Below are positions 53,927-62,978 of a stretch of 64,000 nucleotides of DNA, piece by piece (within the stretch, counting starts at the first letter, position 1; each line of letters begins with the position of its first letter). Made by a program: the position numbers and the translations under genes. The notes beneath the pieces were generated by a model, which saw only the letters and a list, made by a program, of their open reading frames with translations, did not search any database and had not been told where the DNA came from. The stretch comes from Nitrosopumilaceae archaeon (GTDB lineage: Archaea; Thermoproteota; Nitrososphaeria; Nitrososphaerales; Nitrosopumilaceae), in assembly GCA_042138025.1 (NCBI GenBank), contig JBHIUZ010000002.1:3195-67194 (forward strand), read 5' to 3'.

Positions 53927-54149
53927 ATTTTTTAAAAATTTCAATTATAATAATTAAATTATCAAGGACGTAAAAATTAGATTGGCGTTCTCATCTTCAT
54001 TGAGGCGTTACAGATCCTTGTAAGTTTAATCAAATTATAAAACTATAAAAATTACTATAGAAAAATTGTTTTTTAATGCATCTTTATAGAGACATTAATT
54101 TACTAAATATTTACAAGAATTAAAATAGAATAACTAACTCATCAATTAG

Positions 54150-55358
54150 ATGACGCCTACATATGAAGATGTGTTAAAAGCCCAATCTCAAAGAGGGGAT
54201 GTAATTAGAAAAACGCCTTTGACATATTCTCCTATATTTAGTCAATTAATTGGTTCAGAGGTTTTTCTTAAATCCGAATTTCAACAAAAAACAGGTTCTT
54301 TTAAAATTCGTGGTGCTTATTTCAAAATTAAATCTTTAACAGATGAAGAAAAAAAGAAAGGAGTTGTAACTGCTTCTGCTGGAAATCATGCACAGGGCGT
54401 AGCATTTGCATCATCTTTGGAAAAAATTTCATGTACAATTGTAATGCCCAAAAATGCGTCACCTGCAAAAGTAGCAGCAACAAAAGGATATGGTGCAAAG
54501 GTCATTCTTGAAGGAAGTAATTATGATGAATCTTGGATGCGTGCCAAACAAATAGCTGATGAAACTGGTGCAATCAGTGTTCACGCGTTTGATGACCCGC
54601 AGGTTATTGCAGCACAAGGGGTAATTGGATTAGAAATTTTAGAAGATTTACCCGATGTTGATGAAATCTATGTACCAATTGGAGGTGGAGGTTTAGCTGC
54701 AGGGATATTACTGGCAATTAAAAAAAATAACCCAAAAATCAAAGTAATTGGAGTTCAATCAAAATCATTTCCTGCAATGAAAAATTCACTTGAGTCAGGA
54801 GAATTAGCATCGGTAGGTGGTGATAGAACTATAGCTGACGGAATATCGGTAAAAAAACCTGGACAGATTACATTCAATATAATTAAAGAGTTAATTGATG
54901 ATATCGTCCTAATTGATGATGATCCTATCGTTAAAACTATGTTTTTACTTATGGAAAGAGCTAAAATGGTTGTTGAACCTGCAGGTGCTGCGGGTTTGGC
55001 CTATTTACTTCAAACAAAGCCATCTCCTGGGAAAAAAGTAGTACCAATATTATGTGGAGGAAATGTTGACATGTATCTATTAGGACAAATAGTTGCAAAA
55101 GGCCTTACACAGATGGGAAGACTAGTCAAATTATCCATTTTACTTCAAGATAAACCAGGAGCACTAAAAGAACTTGTAGATGAAATTGCCGCGCTTAGTG
55201 TAAATATCGTAGAAGTAGTTCATGATAGATTAAGTTCAGACATTGCTGCAGGTTCTGCGGGAGTAACATTAAGCCTTGAAACAGAAGGACAACAACATGC
55301 TAATGAATTAATTTCTCATTTAAAAAAGAAAAACATCAATTTCAAAATTCTTACCTAA
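54150..55358 (+). CDS. ilvA: Threonine ammonia-lyase (threonine dehydratase) with C-terminal ACT-like domain
   Basis: PLP Lys motif QQKTGSFKIRGA; GGGGLAAG loop; ~80-aa regulatory tail. Confidence 0.9.
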   Translation: MTPTYEDVLKAQSQRGDVIRKTPLTYSPIFSQLIGSEVFLKSEFQQKTGSFKIRGAYFKIKSLTDEEKKKGVVTASAGNHAQGVAFASSLEKISCTIVMPKNASPAKVAATKGYGAKVILEGSNYDESWMRAKQIADETGAISVHAFDDPQVIAAQGVIGLEILEDLPDVDEIYVPIGGGGLAAGILLAIKKNNPKIKVIGVQSKSFPAMKNSLESGELASVGGDRTIADGISVKKPGQITFNIIKELIDDIVLIDDDPIVKTMFLLMERAKMVVEPAGAAGLAYLLQTKPSPGKKVVPILCGGNVDMYLLGQIVAKGLTQMGRLVKLSILLQDKPGALKELVDEIAALSVNIVEVVHDRLSSDIAAGSAGVTLSLETEGQQHANELISHLKKKNINFKILT

Positions 55359-55360
55359 TT

Positions 55361-55939
55361 TTATTTGAATTTTTTCTTAACAAATTTCGAAAGCCCTATT
55401 TTTTTCATTTCATCAGATTCCTTTAGCACAGTTCGATGTTGGTCATGTTTATGCTGTTTTAATTTTTTCCTTAAATCAATAAATTCATTTGCAAGAATTT
55501 TAACTGCATAAATTCCAGCATTACCTGCTTTGTTTACTCCTACTGTAACAACAGGTGAACCAGTAGGCATTTCAGATATTGACAAAAGAGAATCCAATCC
55601 TCCAAATGCCGAGAATTTGTGTTTTTGGGATTTTTTATCTTGTTTGTCGTTATACACCAAGATTGGAACCCCAATTACTGGAATTATTGTATGGGAAGCA
55701 ATCATCCCAGGGAGATGAGCTGCGCCTCCTGCTCCTGCTATAATGATTTTAAATCCACTTTTTTCTGCATGTTTAGCATATTCTTCTAATCTTGCAGGAG
55801 TTCTATGGGCAGAAATTATTTGATCTTCATGTTTAACTCCAAATTTATCTAAAATTTCAGCCGCTGCATGCATGATTCTACTATCTGAGCTAGAACCCAT
55901 GATAATTCCAACTTGTGCTTTTTTGTTAAGACTTCCCAC
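55361..55939 (-). CDS. purE: N5-carboxyaminoimidazole ribonucleotide mutase
   Basis: VGIIMGSSSD, SAHRTP and AGGAAHLPGM. Contains a ~15-aa Lys-rich insertion and a basic C-terminal extension. Confidence 0.9.
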   Translation of the reverse strand: MGSLNKKAQVGIIMGSSSDSRIMHAAAEILDKFGVKHEDQIISAHRTPARLEEYAKHAEKSGFKIIIAGAGGAAHLPGMIASHTIIPVIGVPILVYNDKQDKKSQKHKFSAFGGLDSLLSISEMPTGSPVVTVGVNKAGNAGIYAVKILANEFIDLRKKLKQHKHDQHRTVLKESDEMKKIGLSKFVKKKFK

Positions 55940-55985
55940 ATTTAATCAAAACCAAGACAGTTTTTAACCTTAATGTAAAATGAAA

Positions 55986-56087
55986 TTATCGTGATTTGGG
56001 TTTTCCACGTTTTGTTCTATTTCTTCGTCTTCTAGTAGCTCTATTATCGGCTCTTCGTTTGTGTTTTCCTTTTTTTCTTAATGGCAT
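55986..56087 (-). CDS. Candidate 33-aa extremely basic peptide (possible small ribosomal or RNA-binding protein; below the track cutoff)
   Basis: Own translation: MPLRKKGKHKRRADNRATRRRRNRTKRGKPKSR. A TATA-like tttttataaa lies ~30 nt upstream on the coding strand. Confidence 0.4.
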   Translation of the reverse strand: MPLRKKGKHKRRADNRATRRRRNRTKRGKPKSR

Positions 56088-56176
56088 GAAAAGAGTGAAA
56101 AATCTAGCAATTTCAGTGTTTATAAAAAGAAGAAACCGCCTAAACATGAGTTATCGCTGAATTCTAGGCACGATTT

Positions 56177-56192
56177 GATCGGAGATCCGATC
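56177..56192. promoter_or_regulatory. Perfect 16-bp palindrome GATCGGAGATCCGATC nested in TTTGATC...GATCAAA, upstream of the TrmB-like gene
   Basis: 7-bp arms with a 2-bp spacer. The outer inverted repeat spans 56174-56204. Confidence 0.5.
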
Positions 56193-56236
56193 AGAGCGAT
56201 CAAAACTAGTTGACCTCTGTACGATATTAAGATCCT

Positions 56237-57115
56237 ATGGTCGATAAAATGATCGGCAAGAGGGATATGAAAGAGGGAACACAACAAACGATATTTGATT
56301 CAAGTTTAGGCTCTAGTCTGCATGATTATAAAATTTCTGCAGATGAGCTCAAAGATGAGCTTTCTAAATTTGATTTAACTGATAATCAATCAAAGGTGTA
56401 TATTTTCTTAGGAAAATACGGCTCTAAAACTGCACCAGAAGTATGCAAGGCACTAAAGATTGCAAGAACAGAAACCTATCAACTATTATCTGCATTACAA
56501 AAGAAAGGAATTGTACTAGCAACATTTGGACACCCAATTAAATTTTCTGCGTTAAAACTAAACAAGGCAGTTAAAACACTAGTCAATTCAGAAAAAGAGA
56601 GGATAAAATCTTTAGAAAAAAAGGAAGAAAAATTACTCAAACTATGGGATAGTATTCCAGAATTTTTAAAAGAAAAAACCGAAGATCCAGAAAACCGTTT
56701 TCAGATGCTAGAAGGTGCAAATCCAATTAATGCAAAATTAAACGAAATGGTATCTGAAGCAAAAAATGAAATTATTGTCATGGGTTCAGAAAAAGATTAT
56801 CTTAGATTATATCATTCGGATTTTTTAGATAATATTATTAGTAAAAAATGTAAATCAAAAATTATTACTTCATGTACTGAAAAAACCATGTATATTTTTG
56901 AAAACATAGATAAAAATCAAATCAAATGTATGCCAGATAATCTAAAAGATGAAATTTGTTTTATAATGAAAGATGATAAAGAGATGATTTTCTTTACCAA
57001 AAAAGATGGTCAGACGTTACAAAGCATATCTGCAATGTGGACTGATTCAAAACCTCTAATGTATTCAATGAGATTACTATTTGAATTTGTGTGGTCAACT
57101 TCAAAACAAGCATAG
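56237..57115 (+). CDS. TrmB-family transcriptional regulator
   Basis: N-terminal wHTH LTDNQSKVYIFLGKYGSKTAPEVCKALKIARTETYQLLSALQKKGIV...PIKFSAL plus a C-terminal effector-like domain. The start is uncertain (in-frame ATGs at 56246 and 56273). Confidence 0.8.
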   Translation: MVDKMIGKRDMKEGTQQTIFDSSLGSSLHDYKISADELKDELSKFDLTDNQSKVYIFLGKYGSKTAPEVCKALKIARTETYQLLSALQKKGIVLATFGHPIKFSALKLNKAVKTLVNSEKERIKSLEKKEEKLLKLWDSIPEFLKEKTEDPENRFQMLEGANPINAKLNEMVSEAKNEIIVMGSEKDYLRLYHSDFLDNIISKKCKSKIITSCTEKTMYIFENIDKNQIKCMPDNLKDEICFIMKDDKEMIFFTKKDGQTLQSISAMWTDSKPLMYSMRLLFEFVWSTSKQA

Positions 57116-57164
57116 AGTCAAAAAGAAACTATTAACTTATTTTATCCCAAAATGATGTTCAGTC

Positions 57165-58313
57165 ATGGGGCAGGTTTTAGGAATTATTGGCGGGGGTCAG
57201 CTTGGAATGATGTTAACCGAGGCGGCAAAGAATCTACCTAATGAAATTTCTGAAATAATAGTCTTAGATCCAACAGAAGGTTGTCCTGCCTCTCAAGTTG
57301 GAGCAAAACAAATTGTTGGTGATTTTAAAGATGAATCTGCAATAGCTGAACTTGTATCAAAATCAGATATTCTTACCTATGAAATAGAATCTGGAAATAG
57401 TGATGTTCTAAAGGCTATGGAATCTCGGGTCAAAATCAACCCATCACCAGAGACATTAAGAATTATCCAAGATAAACTGCTTCAAAAAACATTCCTATCG
57501 GAGAATGATTTACCCGTTCCAGAATTTATTAAGATTGACTCGCTCGATGGCTTGAAGCAGGGAATTGAAAAATTTGGGTATCCAGCACTGTTGAAAACCC
57601 GTAGAGATGCATATGATGGTCGTGGAAATTTCAAAATTAACTCAGAAGAAGATTTGAAAAAAGGATTTGAACATTTTGGTAATCAACCAATGATGTTAGA
57701 AAAATTTGTTGATTTTAAAATGGAGGTTTCAGTAATTGCTGCAAGAAACACTAAAGGAGAAATAGCAACATATCCTCTAGTTGAAAACATCCATGAAGAA
57801 AATATTCTAAGAACTACAATAGCACCTGCTAGAGTAAATGAGAAAATTATTAAAAATGCAGAACAGATAGCTAAAAAAACAATGGATGTTCTAAAAGGGG
57901 CAGGGGTTTTTGGAATAGAGATGTTTGTAACACAAAATGACGAAATTGTAATTAATGAAATTGCTCCTCGAGTACATAATTCGGGACACCACACATTGCA
58001 ATCAAGTAAAACATCTCAATTTGAGCAACATCTACGAGCAATTCTTGGATTAAGTTTAGGTAGTACAGAATTAGTTCATCATGCTATAATGTATAATATA
58101 CTAGGACCCAAAAATTTCAAAGGACCATACAAACCAGTGACGATTCCTGAACAAAATGGAGTTTTTCTTAAGATGTATGGAAAAGCTGAATCAAAACCCA
58201 AGAGAAAACTAGGACATCTTAACATTATTGATGTAGATGATTCAGGAAATATTCAAAATCTGTTAGATAAAGTAGAGCAAATTAAAAAATTTCTAAAGTT
58301 AGAACCCACCTAA
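57165..58313 (+). CDS. purK: N5-carboxyaminoimidazole ribonucleotide synthase
   Basis: GIIGGGQLG N-terminus; ATP-grasp body; NEIAPRVHNSGH motif. Confidence 0.9.
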   Translation: MGQVLGIIGGGQLGMMLTEAAKNLPNEISEIIVLDPTEGCPASQVGAKQIVGDFKDESAIAELVSKSDILTYEIESGNSDVLKAMESRVKINPSPETLRIIQDKLLQKTFLSENDLPVPEFIKIDSLDGLKQGIEKFGYPALLKTRRDAYDGRGNFKINSEEDLKKGFEHFGNQPMMLEKFVDFKMEVSVIAARNTKGEIATYPLVENIHEENILRTTIAPARVNEKIIKNAEQIAKKTMDVLKGAGVFGIEMFVTQNDEIVINEIAPRVHNSGHHTLQSSKTSQFEQHLRAILGLSLGSTELVHHAIMYNILGPKNFKGPYKPVTIPEQNGVFLKMYGKAESKPKRKLGHLNIIDVDDSGNIQNLLDKVEQIKKFLKLEPT

Positions 58314-58407
58314 ATTATATAAAACCATTCTTCTAGCTAACGGTTGTTGATTAAAAACTACCAAGTTTAACTAAAATCATTAATTTTACATTAGTATACT
58401 GAGTATA

Positions 58408-58722
58408 TTGAATTCAAGAAATTATGGCAGTTTTATTGAAGAAGCTATGGAAATGTTAAACGATTTAGAAAGACCAGACACTAGTATTGAAGAATATGAT
58501 AAAGTTATAACTTTTCTTCGAGGTTGGGCATATAATGAAACTAATCATAACTTCAAAATGACTTTATTAACTGCTATCACAATTATAGAAACACGAAAAA
58601 GAATTATTAGAACAAAAAAAGAAAATGAACAATTTCATGATACGATGAAATCAGAAATTAACAATATTTTATGGCGATTGAGCAGTTTAGAAAAAAATTC
58701 GAAGATTCAAAAAAATTCATGA
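58408..58722 (+). CDS. Hypothetical protein
   Basis: 104-aa ORF from TTG; the first in-frame ATG is at 58447. No motif recognised. Confidence 0.3.
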   Translation: MNSRNYGSFIEEAMEMLNDLERPDTSIEEYDKVITFLRGWAYNETNHNFKMTLLTAITIIETRKRIIRTKKENEQFHDTMKSEINNILWRLSSLEKNSKIQKNS

Positions 58723-58971
58723 ATAAGACAGGGCAAAAATGATTATTTGGTAGTGTTTTATTTGGTTTTGATCCACCTCAAAAACTATCAAGAATTCCCA
58801 TGAATCCCCCAAATTAGCCTCAATTTTGTCTGTACAAGATATGACATACTGCTACTGATTAGCTTGACCGAAATAAACAAACTCGGGAATAATGGTCACA
58901 ACAAAAAACAACACAATTTCTGCTAGGGCAGGAATAACTCAGGTCACTATGGAGGGTAAAAGTGAGAAGAT

Positions 58972-59781
58972 ATGAACGTAGAAGAAGAATTACTCACAGA
59001 ACTATCATACTTTGGCCTTGACAAGACCGATGCTACCATGTATTTGGGCCTTTTAAGAATAGGTTCACTAACAGTAGGCAAAATGTCTACCAAACTCGAT
59101 ATCGATAGGGGCAAGGCATACAGGTCACTAAACAAACTAAGAGACATGGGATTGATAACAACCACGTTTTCAAACCCAACAATCTGTGAGGCAGTTCCGC
59201 CAGCAGATGCATTGACGTCCGTTATTCAACGAAAAGAAGATGAAGTGACGACAATGCAGAAACTATCTAATAAAATAGTCAAGGATCTAAAGGATTTGAA
59301 TAGACCACAACAAGTCTCCGAAGTATCTTCAATATCCATCATCCAAGGTCGTTCAAACATATATTCGCGGGTTGGAAAAATGATACAAGACTCTTCAAAA
59401 ACTATCTACATCGTTACAACTGCTGAAGACATCCTAAGAATGTACCATACCGCAATTCCAGAAAAAATTGCATTATGCAAGAAAAATGGAGGAGAGGTAA
59501 GAGTACTAACAGACACAACTAGTGATAGTGTTCTACCATTAATCAGTAGACTAAAAGCTACTGAAACAAGAGTAGGAAAACTACCATCAAAAAGCAGAGT
59601 AATTGTAGAAGAAGGTGGACAATTAATTATGTCAGGTTCCATTAAAGAAACTATGGACTTAAACGACGATAATGACTCCATACTATACACAAACTCTCAA
59701 GAAATGATCAATAACATGTATAGTTTATGTTCACACCTGTGGAAAAAATCAAAGCCAGTAGAAAAAGTACTAGCTTCATGA
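58972..59781 (+). CDS. TrmB-family transcriptional regulator (second copy)
   Basis: LDKTDATMYLGLLRIGSLTVGKMSTKLDIDRGKAYRSLNKLRDMGLI...PTICEAVPP wHTH plus a C-terminal domain. Confidence 0.8.
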   Translation: MNVEEELLTELSYFGLDKTDATMYLGLLRIGSLTVGKMSTKLDIDRGKAYRSLNKLRDMGLITTTFSNPTICEAVPPADALTSVIQRKEDEVTTMQKLSNKIVKDLKDLNRPQQVSEVSSISIIQGRSNIYSRVGKMIQDSSKTIYIVTTAEDILRMYHTAIPEKIALCKKNGGEVRVLTDTTSDSVLPLISRLKATETRVGKLPSKSRVIVEEGGQLIMSGSIKETMDLNDDNDSILYTNSQEMINNMYSLCSHLWKKSKPVEKVLAS

Positions 59782-59804
59782 TATGAAAAATAAATTTTTC
59801 ATAT
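59781..59804 (+). terminator. Hairpin ATATGAAAAAT-aa-ATTTTTCATAT followed by T-rich tracts, at the end of the second TrmB-like gene
   Basis: 11-bp perfect arms starting at the stop codon. Downstream sequence is tttcttatttttctttttttatt. Confidence 0.45.
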
Positions 59805-59913
59805 CTCCTATATTTCTTATTTTTCTTTTTTTATTAAAACCATATGTATTTTCATGCAATTGCAAAAACATGTCGTTAAATACTAAATTATAGATAATTT
59901 AATGGAGTAAAAA

Positions 59914-60609
59914 ATGATCGAACTTCTAAGTGACATCAATCAATTAAGAATAATTCTAGCAGTAATAATGCTTGGATATGCATCATACACAGATGTTGTT
60001 AAAAGAGAAATTAGCGATTATGTATGGGTAGTTTTTGGTGCAATAGCTGTAATTATGGTAATTTTTGAACCAAATATTTCAGACGCATTAATAAATATTG
60101 GATTTTCATTAATTGTTGCACCCTTTGTGTTAGTAATCTGGAGAATTGGTTTTTTTGGAGGAGCAGATGCATTTGCAGTAATAGTTTTAGCTGCACTGGT
60201 ACCTCAAATGACACTAGCAGATGAAATGATTACGCCATTTACTATCTTAACTAATGCTGTTTTAATTTCAATCATCCCTTTATTTTTAAATTTATTTAGA
60301 AATTTAATTGAAATTGGTAGAAAAAATGATATCTTTGAGGGATTTGATGAGTCAACTGGAAAAAAAATAACAGCAATGTTTTTGGGGTATAGAGCCAAAA
60401 ATCCAAAATATGGTTTTTCAATAGAAAAAAAGAGTGGAAAAAATAAAAAATTGAATTTAGTCTTACATCATGCAGAAAATGCAGATTTTTGTAATACTCC
60501 AAACACATGGATAACTCCTGGAGTTCCATACATGCTATTCATCACGTCAAGTTTTATCGTTCAATTACTATATGGGGATATAATTTTCAATTTCTTTTCA
60601 TCAATGTAA
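59914..60609 (+). CDS. Archaeal A24-family prepilin/preflagellin peptidase (PibD/FlaK-like)
   Basis: Multi-TM. First catalytic Asp context ASYTDVVKREISD and second Asp in FFGGADAF (GxGD-type). Confidence 0.8.
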   Translation: MIELLSDINQLRIILAVIMLGYASYTDVVKREISDYVWVVFGAIAVIMVIFEPNISDALINIGFSLIVAPFVLVIWRIGFFGGADAFAVIVLAALVPQMTLADEMITPFTILTNAVLISIIPLFLNLFRNLIEIGRKNDIFEGFDESTGKKITAMFLGYRAKNPKYGFSIEKKSGKNKKLNLVLHHAENADFCNTPNTWITPGVPYMLFITSSFIVQLLYGDIIFNFFSSM

Positions 60610-60691
60610 AAAATTTACCACTAAAATAGGTCTGTCGTAATCGAACAAACACATGGTAATAGGAATTCTCTAATGAAAAAGAATAATAGAA

Positions 60692-61771
60692 TTGCAATCA
60701 TCATCAGAAGATAATGCATCAATAGATGATTCAAAATCAGATTTTGATACATTAGAAGAATTTATGGGCTTTAAAGGAAAAGCATTAAAGGATTTAGATA
60801 ATGCTAAATCAGATCTAGAAAAAAGAGCCGCTCAAATTCAAGAACTAGCTTCAAAAACAAGTGAACAGTTTGGTGGTGCAATAAAAATCAATACTGATTT
60901 GAAAGGAAAAATTATTTTCTTACAAGATTTATTATCATCTATTAGTCAAAAAAATGAGGAGTTAGAACAATCAAATAAACAATTACAAAAACAAAAAGAA
61001 GAAAATTTAAAGTTAACAAAAGATTTAAGGATAAATTTAGAAAAAGTTGTTTTAAAAGAAAAGGAACTTGAACTACAACGAGATTACCTATCACGTCAAG
61101 TAGATGAAAAAAGTGACGAGTTGATGAAATCAGAAAAACTTGCCATCATAGGTGAGCTCGCATCAAGAATGGCTCATGATTTAAGAAATCCACTATCGAC
61201 AATAAAAAATACAATTGAGTTAATGGAATCAAAGCCAAAATTAAAGATTGAAGAAAAACTTCAATATTATGGTCGTTTACGTAGAGCAATGAATAGAATG
61301 TCACACCAAGTTGATGATGTTCTTGACTTTGTTAGAACTTCGGAATTAAAACTTCAGCCATATTCTGTTTTAGATATTATCAATATTGTAAAAGATAGTA
61401 TTACAATACCTAATGATGTTAGTATTCACGTTGATCCAGAAAATGTTAGGATAAATTGTGATTACAGAAAAATCGAGGCAGTGTTTACAAATCTTCTTTT
61501 AAATGGAATTCAAGCAGTTGAAAACAAAGGAGAGGTAAGAATTAGAATAATTGATAATGCTAATGATGTTCTTATTGCATTTGAAGATTCAGGGCCTGGA
61601 ATAAAACCTGAAAATATGGATAAAATCTTTGATCCATTGTTTACCACCAAACAGTTAGGAACTGGATTAGGTCTTTCAATTTGTAAAACTATCGTAGAAC
61701 AACACGGAGGAAGTATATCTGTCAAAAATCATCCAACCACATTTTTGATAAGACTTCCAAAAAATCTATAA
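60692..61771 (+). CDS. Cytoplasmic histidine kinase, paralog of the 29225 gene
   Basis: RMAHDLRNPL H-box, LLLNGIQA, EDSGPGIK, GTGLGLSIC. The C-terminal CKTIVEQHGGSISVKNHPTTFLIRLPK is nearly identical to the paralog. TTG start as tracked; the first in-frame ATG is at 60764. Confidence 0.85.
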   Translation: MQSSSEDNASIDDSKSDFDTLEEFMGFKGKALKDLDNAKSDLEKRAAQIQELASKTSEQFGGAIKINTDLKGKIIFLQDLLSSISQKNEELEQSNKQLQKQKEENLKLTKDLRINLEKVVLKEKELELQRDYLSRQVDEKSDELMKSEKLAIIGELASRMAHDLRNPLSTIKNTIELMESKPKLKIEEKLQYYGRLRRAMNRMSHQVDDVLDFVRTSELKLQPYSVLDIINIVKDSITIPNDVSIHVDPENVRINCDYRKIEAVFTNLLLNGIQAVENKGEVRIRIIDNANDVLIAFEDSGPGIKPENMDKIFDPLFTTKQLGTGLGLSICKTIVEQHGGSISVKNHPTTFLIRLPKNL

Positions 61772-61874
61772 TTTAATAAGAAACAATTAGTCATCTTATA
61801 TACTCTTGAAAAAATTGTGTTGTAATTTGATACACACATGACATTATGTTAATGAAGAAGCAAGCTAATCAGAG

Positions 61875-62351
61875 ATGATTTCAAGGACACCTGGGATTTT
61901 ACTGATATTTGCCCTAACTACCATTAGTTTTTCTATGGCATATGCTTCAAGCCCTCCCCAAATAGCTCTAACACATATTGGAAATTCTGAAATCGATTTA
62001 GCATGGGAAGAAAAAGATAGAATGTTTCGAGTTTGGACAGAATTTTTGAATTTTAATTCCAATGATGGTTCATTTCTTATGCAAATCATCCAACATGAAA
62101 CAAGAGAAGTTGTTTCAGAATCAACTATTAATGTAATAACTAATAGTAAGGATTCGCAGATTAATTTTAACTCATTTGTTCTTTATGCAGTTAATGCCAA
62201 TGATATATGTCAGAATAAAGAATTTGATTCGTTAACCATGCCATCTGAAGAATGTGCTCCATTAACAGGCCAATATGAAATGAAGATTTCAACTAATGAT
62301 GGACAAGTAGTTAAATCGACTACATTTTCTATCATTAATACTCAGGCATAA
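61875..62351 (+). CDS. Secreted hypothetical protein
   Basis: Signal peptide ILLIFALTTISFSMAYA and a beta-rich body. Confidence 0.45.
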   Translation: MISRTPGILLIFALTTISFSMAYASSPPQIALTHIGNSEIDLAWEEKDRMFRVWTEFLNFNSNDGSFLMQIIQHETREVVSESTINVITNSKDSQINFNSFVLYAVNANDICQNKEFDSLTMPSEECAPLTGQYEMKISTNDGQVVKSTTFSIINTQA

Positions 62352-62443
62352 CAATATCGATCAGATTAATTTTCAAAAATTCAGATATAAGTAAAACGCG
62401 GATTATGATTATCATTTATTAGTTGAAGTAAAGTCATATCTCT

Positions 62444-62842
62444 ATGCTAAAAGCATCTTTGATTATGACTGGGGCGTCAATCGCTTTACTTGTAATTTAT
62501 GGGTCAGATGTTGCCGTAGGAGGTGGAACGGGAGAAGGTTTTCTAGGACCGGATCACATGGCACGTGGAATAGGATTAGGGATGCCAGCTGTAATTTTAC
62601 CAATTATCTCATTTTTCATTTCAAGAAAAGAAAAATCAAATACACTTGGCATAATGTTGATTTCTAGTGGAATTCTAATTTTAATTGGAGGGGCAGTAGT
62701 GATTGGAATGGAACCATCTCCAGAATCTATAGAATCTGGAAGAAATGCTATTGCTGAGGCGGGTCCTTTAATTGGGGTCGGGGCGTTTATAGTTGCACTT
62801 GGTGCGATAAAATTAAAAAAGTCAAAATCGATTTCCAATTAA
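62444..62842 (+). CDS. Small integral membrane protein
   Basis: Four predicted hydrophobic helices, Gly-rich. Confidence 0.5.
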   Translation: MLKASLIMTGASIALLVIYGSDVAVGGGTGEGFLGPDHMARGIGLGMPAVILPIISFFISRKEKSNTLGIMLISSGILILIGGAVVIGMEPSPESIESGRNAIAEAGPLIGVGAFIVALGAIKLKKSKSISN

Positions 62843-62843
62843 T

Positions 62844-62978
62844 ATGACATTTTGTTTTAAATGTAGAAAGGATGTTAAAAAAATTCATAATTGTGAACAT
62901 ACAAACAATTATGATTTTTGTGTTGAATGTTATACCGAATTACATTATTACCTGACGGAAAAAAACATAGTTGACTGA
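62844..62978 (+). CDS. Candidate 44-aa Cys-rich zinc-finger peptide (below the track cutoff)
   Basis: Own translation: MTFCFKCRKDVKKIHNCEHTNNYDFCVECYTELHYYLTEKNIVD. Starts 2 nt after the membrane protein and overlaps the DedA TTG start. Confidence 0.3.
   Translation: MTFCFKCRKDVKKIHNCEHTNNYDFCVECYTELHYYLTEKNIVD

Noticed and set aside
51798-56234. Enrichment of the bare hexamer AGATCC in intergenic DNA.
   Set aside because: Rough composition arithmetic predicts about twenty chance occurrences of a 6-mer like this in the window. AGATCCTT also occurs twice inside the S26e coding sequence (near 13042 and 13188). Only the exact matches of 11 nt or longer and the palindrome were retained as findings.
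58740-59800. Apparent compositional shift (more C-ending codons, about 38% GC in the first 100 nt by my count) over the second TrmB-like gene, suggesting horizontal acquisition.
   Set aside because: The difference from neighbouring genes is small and was judged by eye only. No flanking repeats or mobility genes are present. It could simply reflect expression-linked codon bias.
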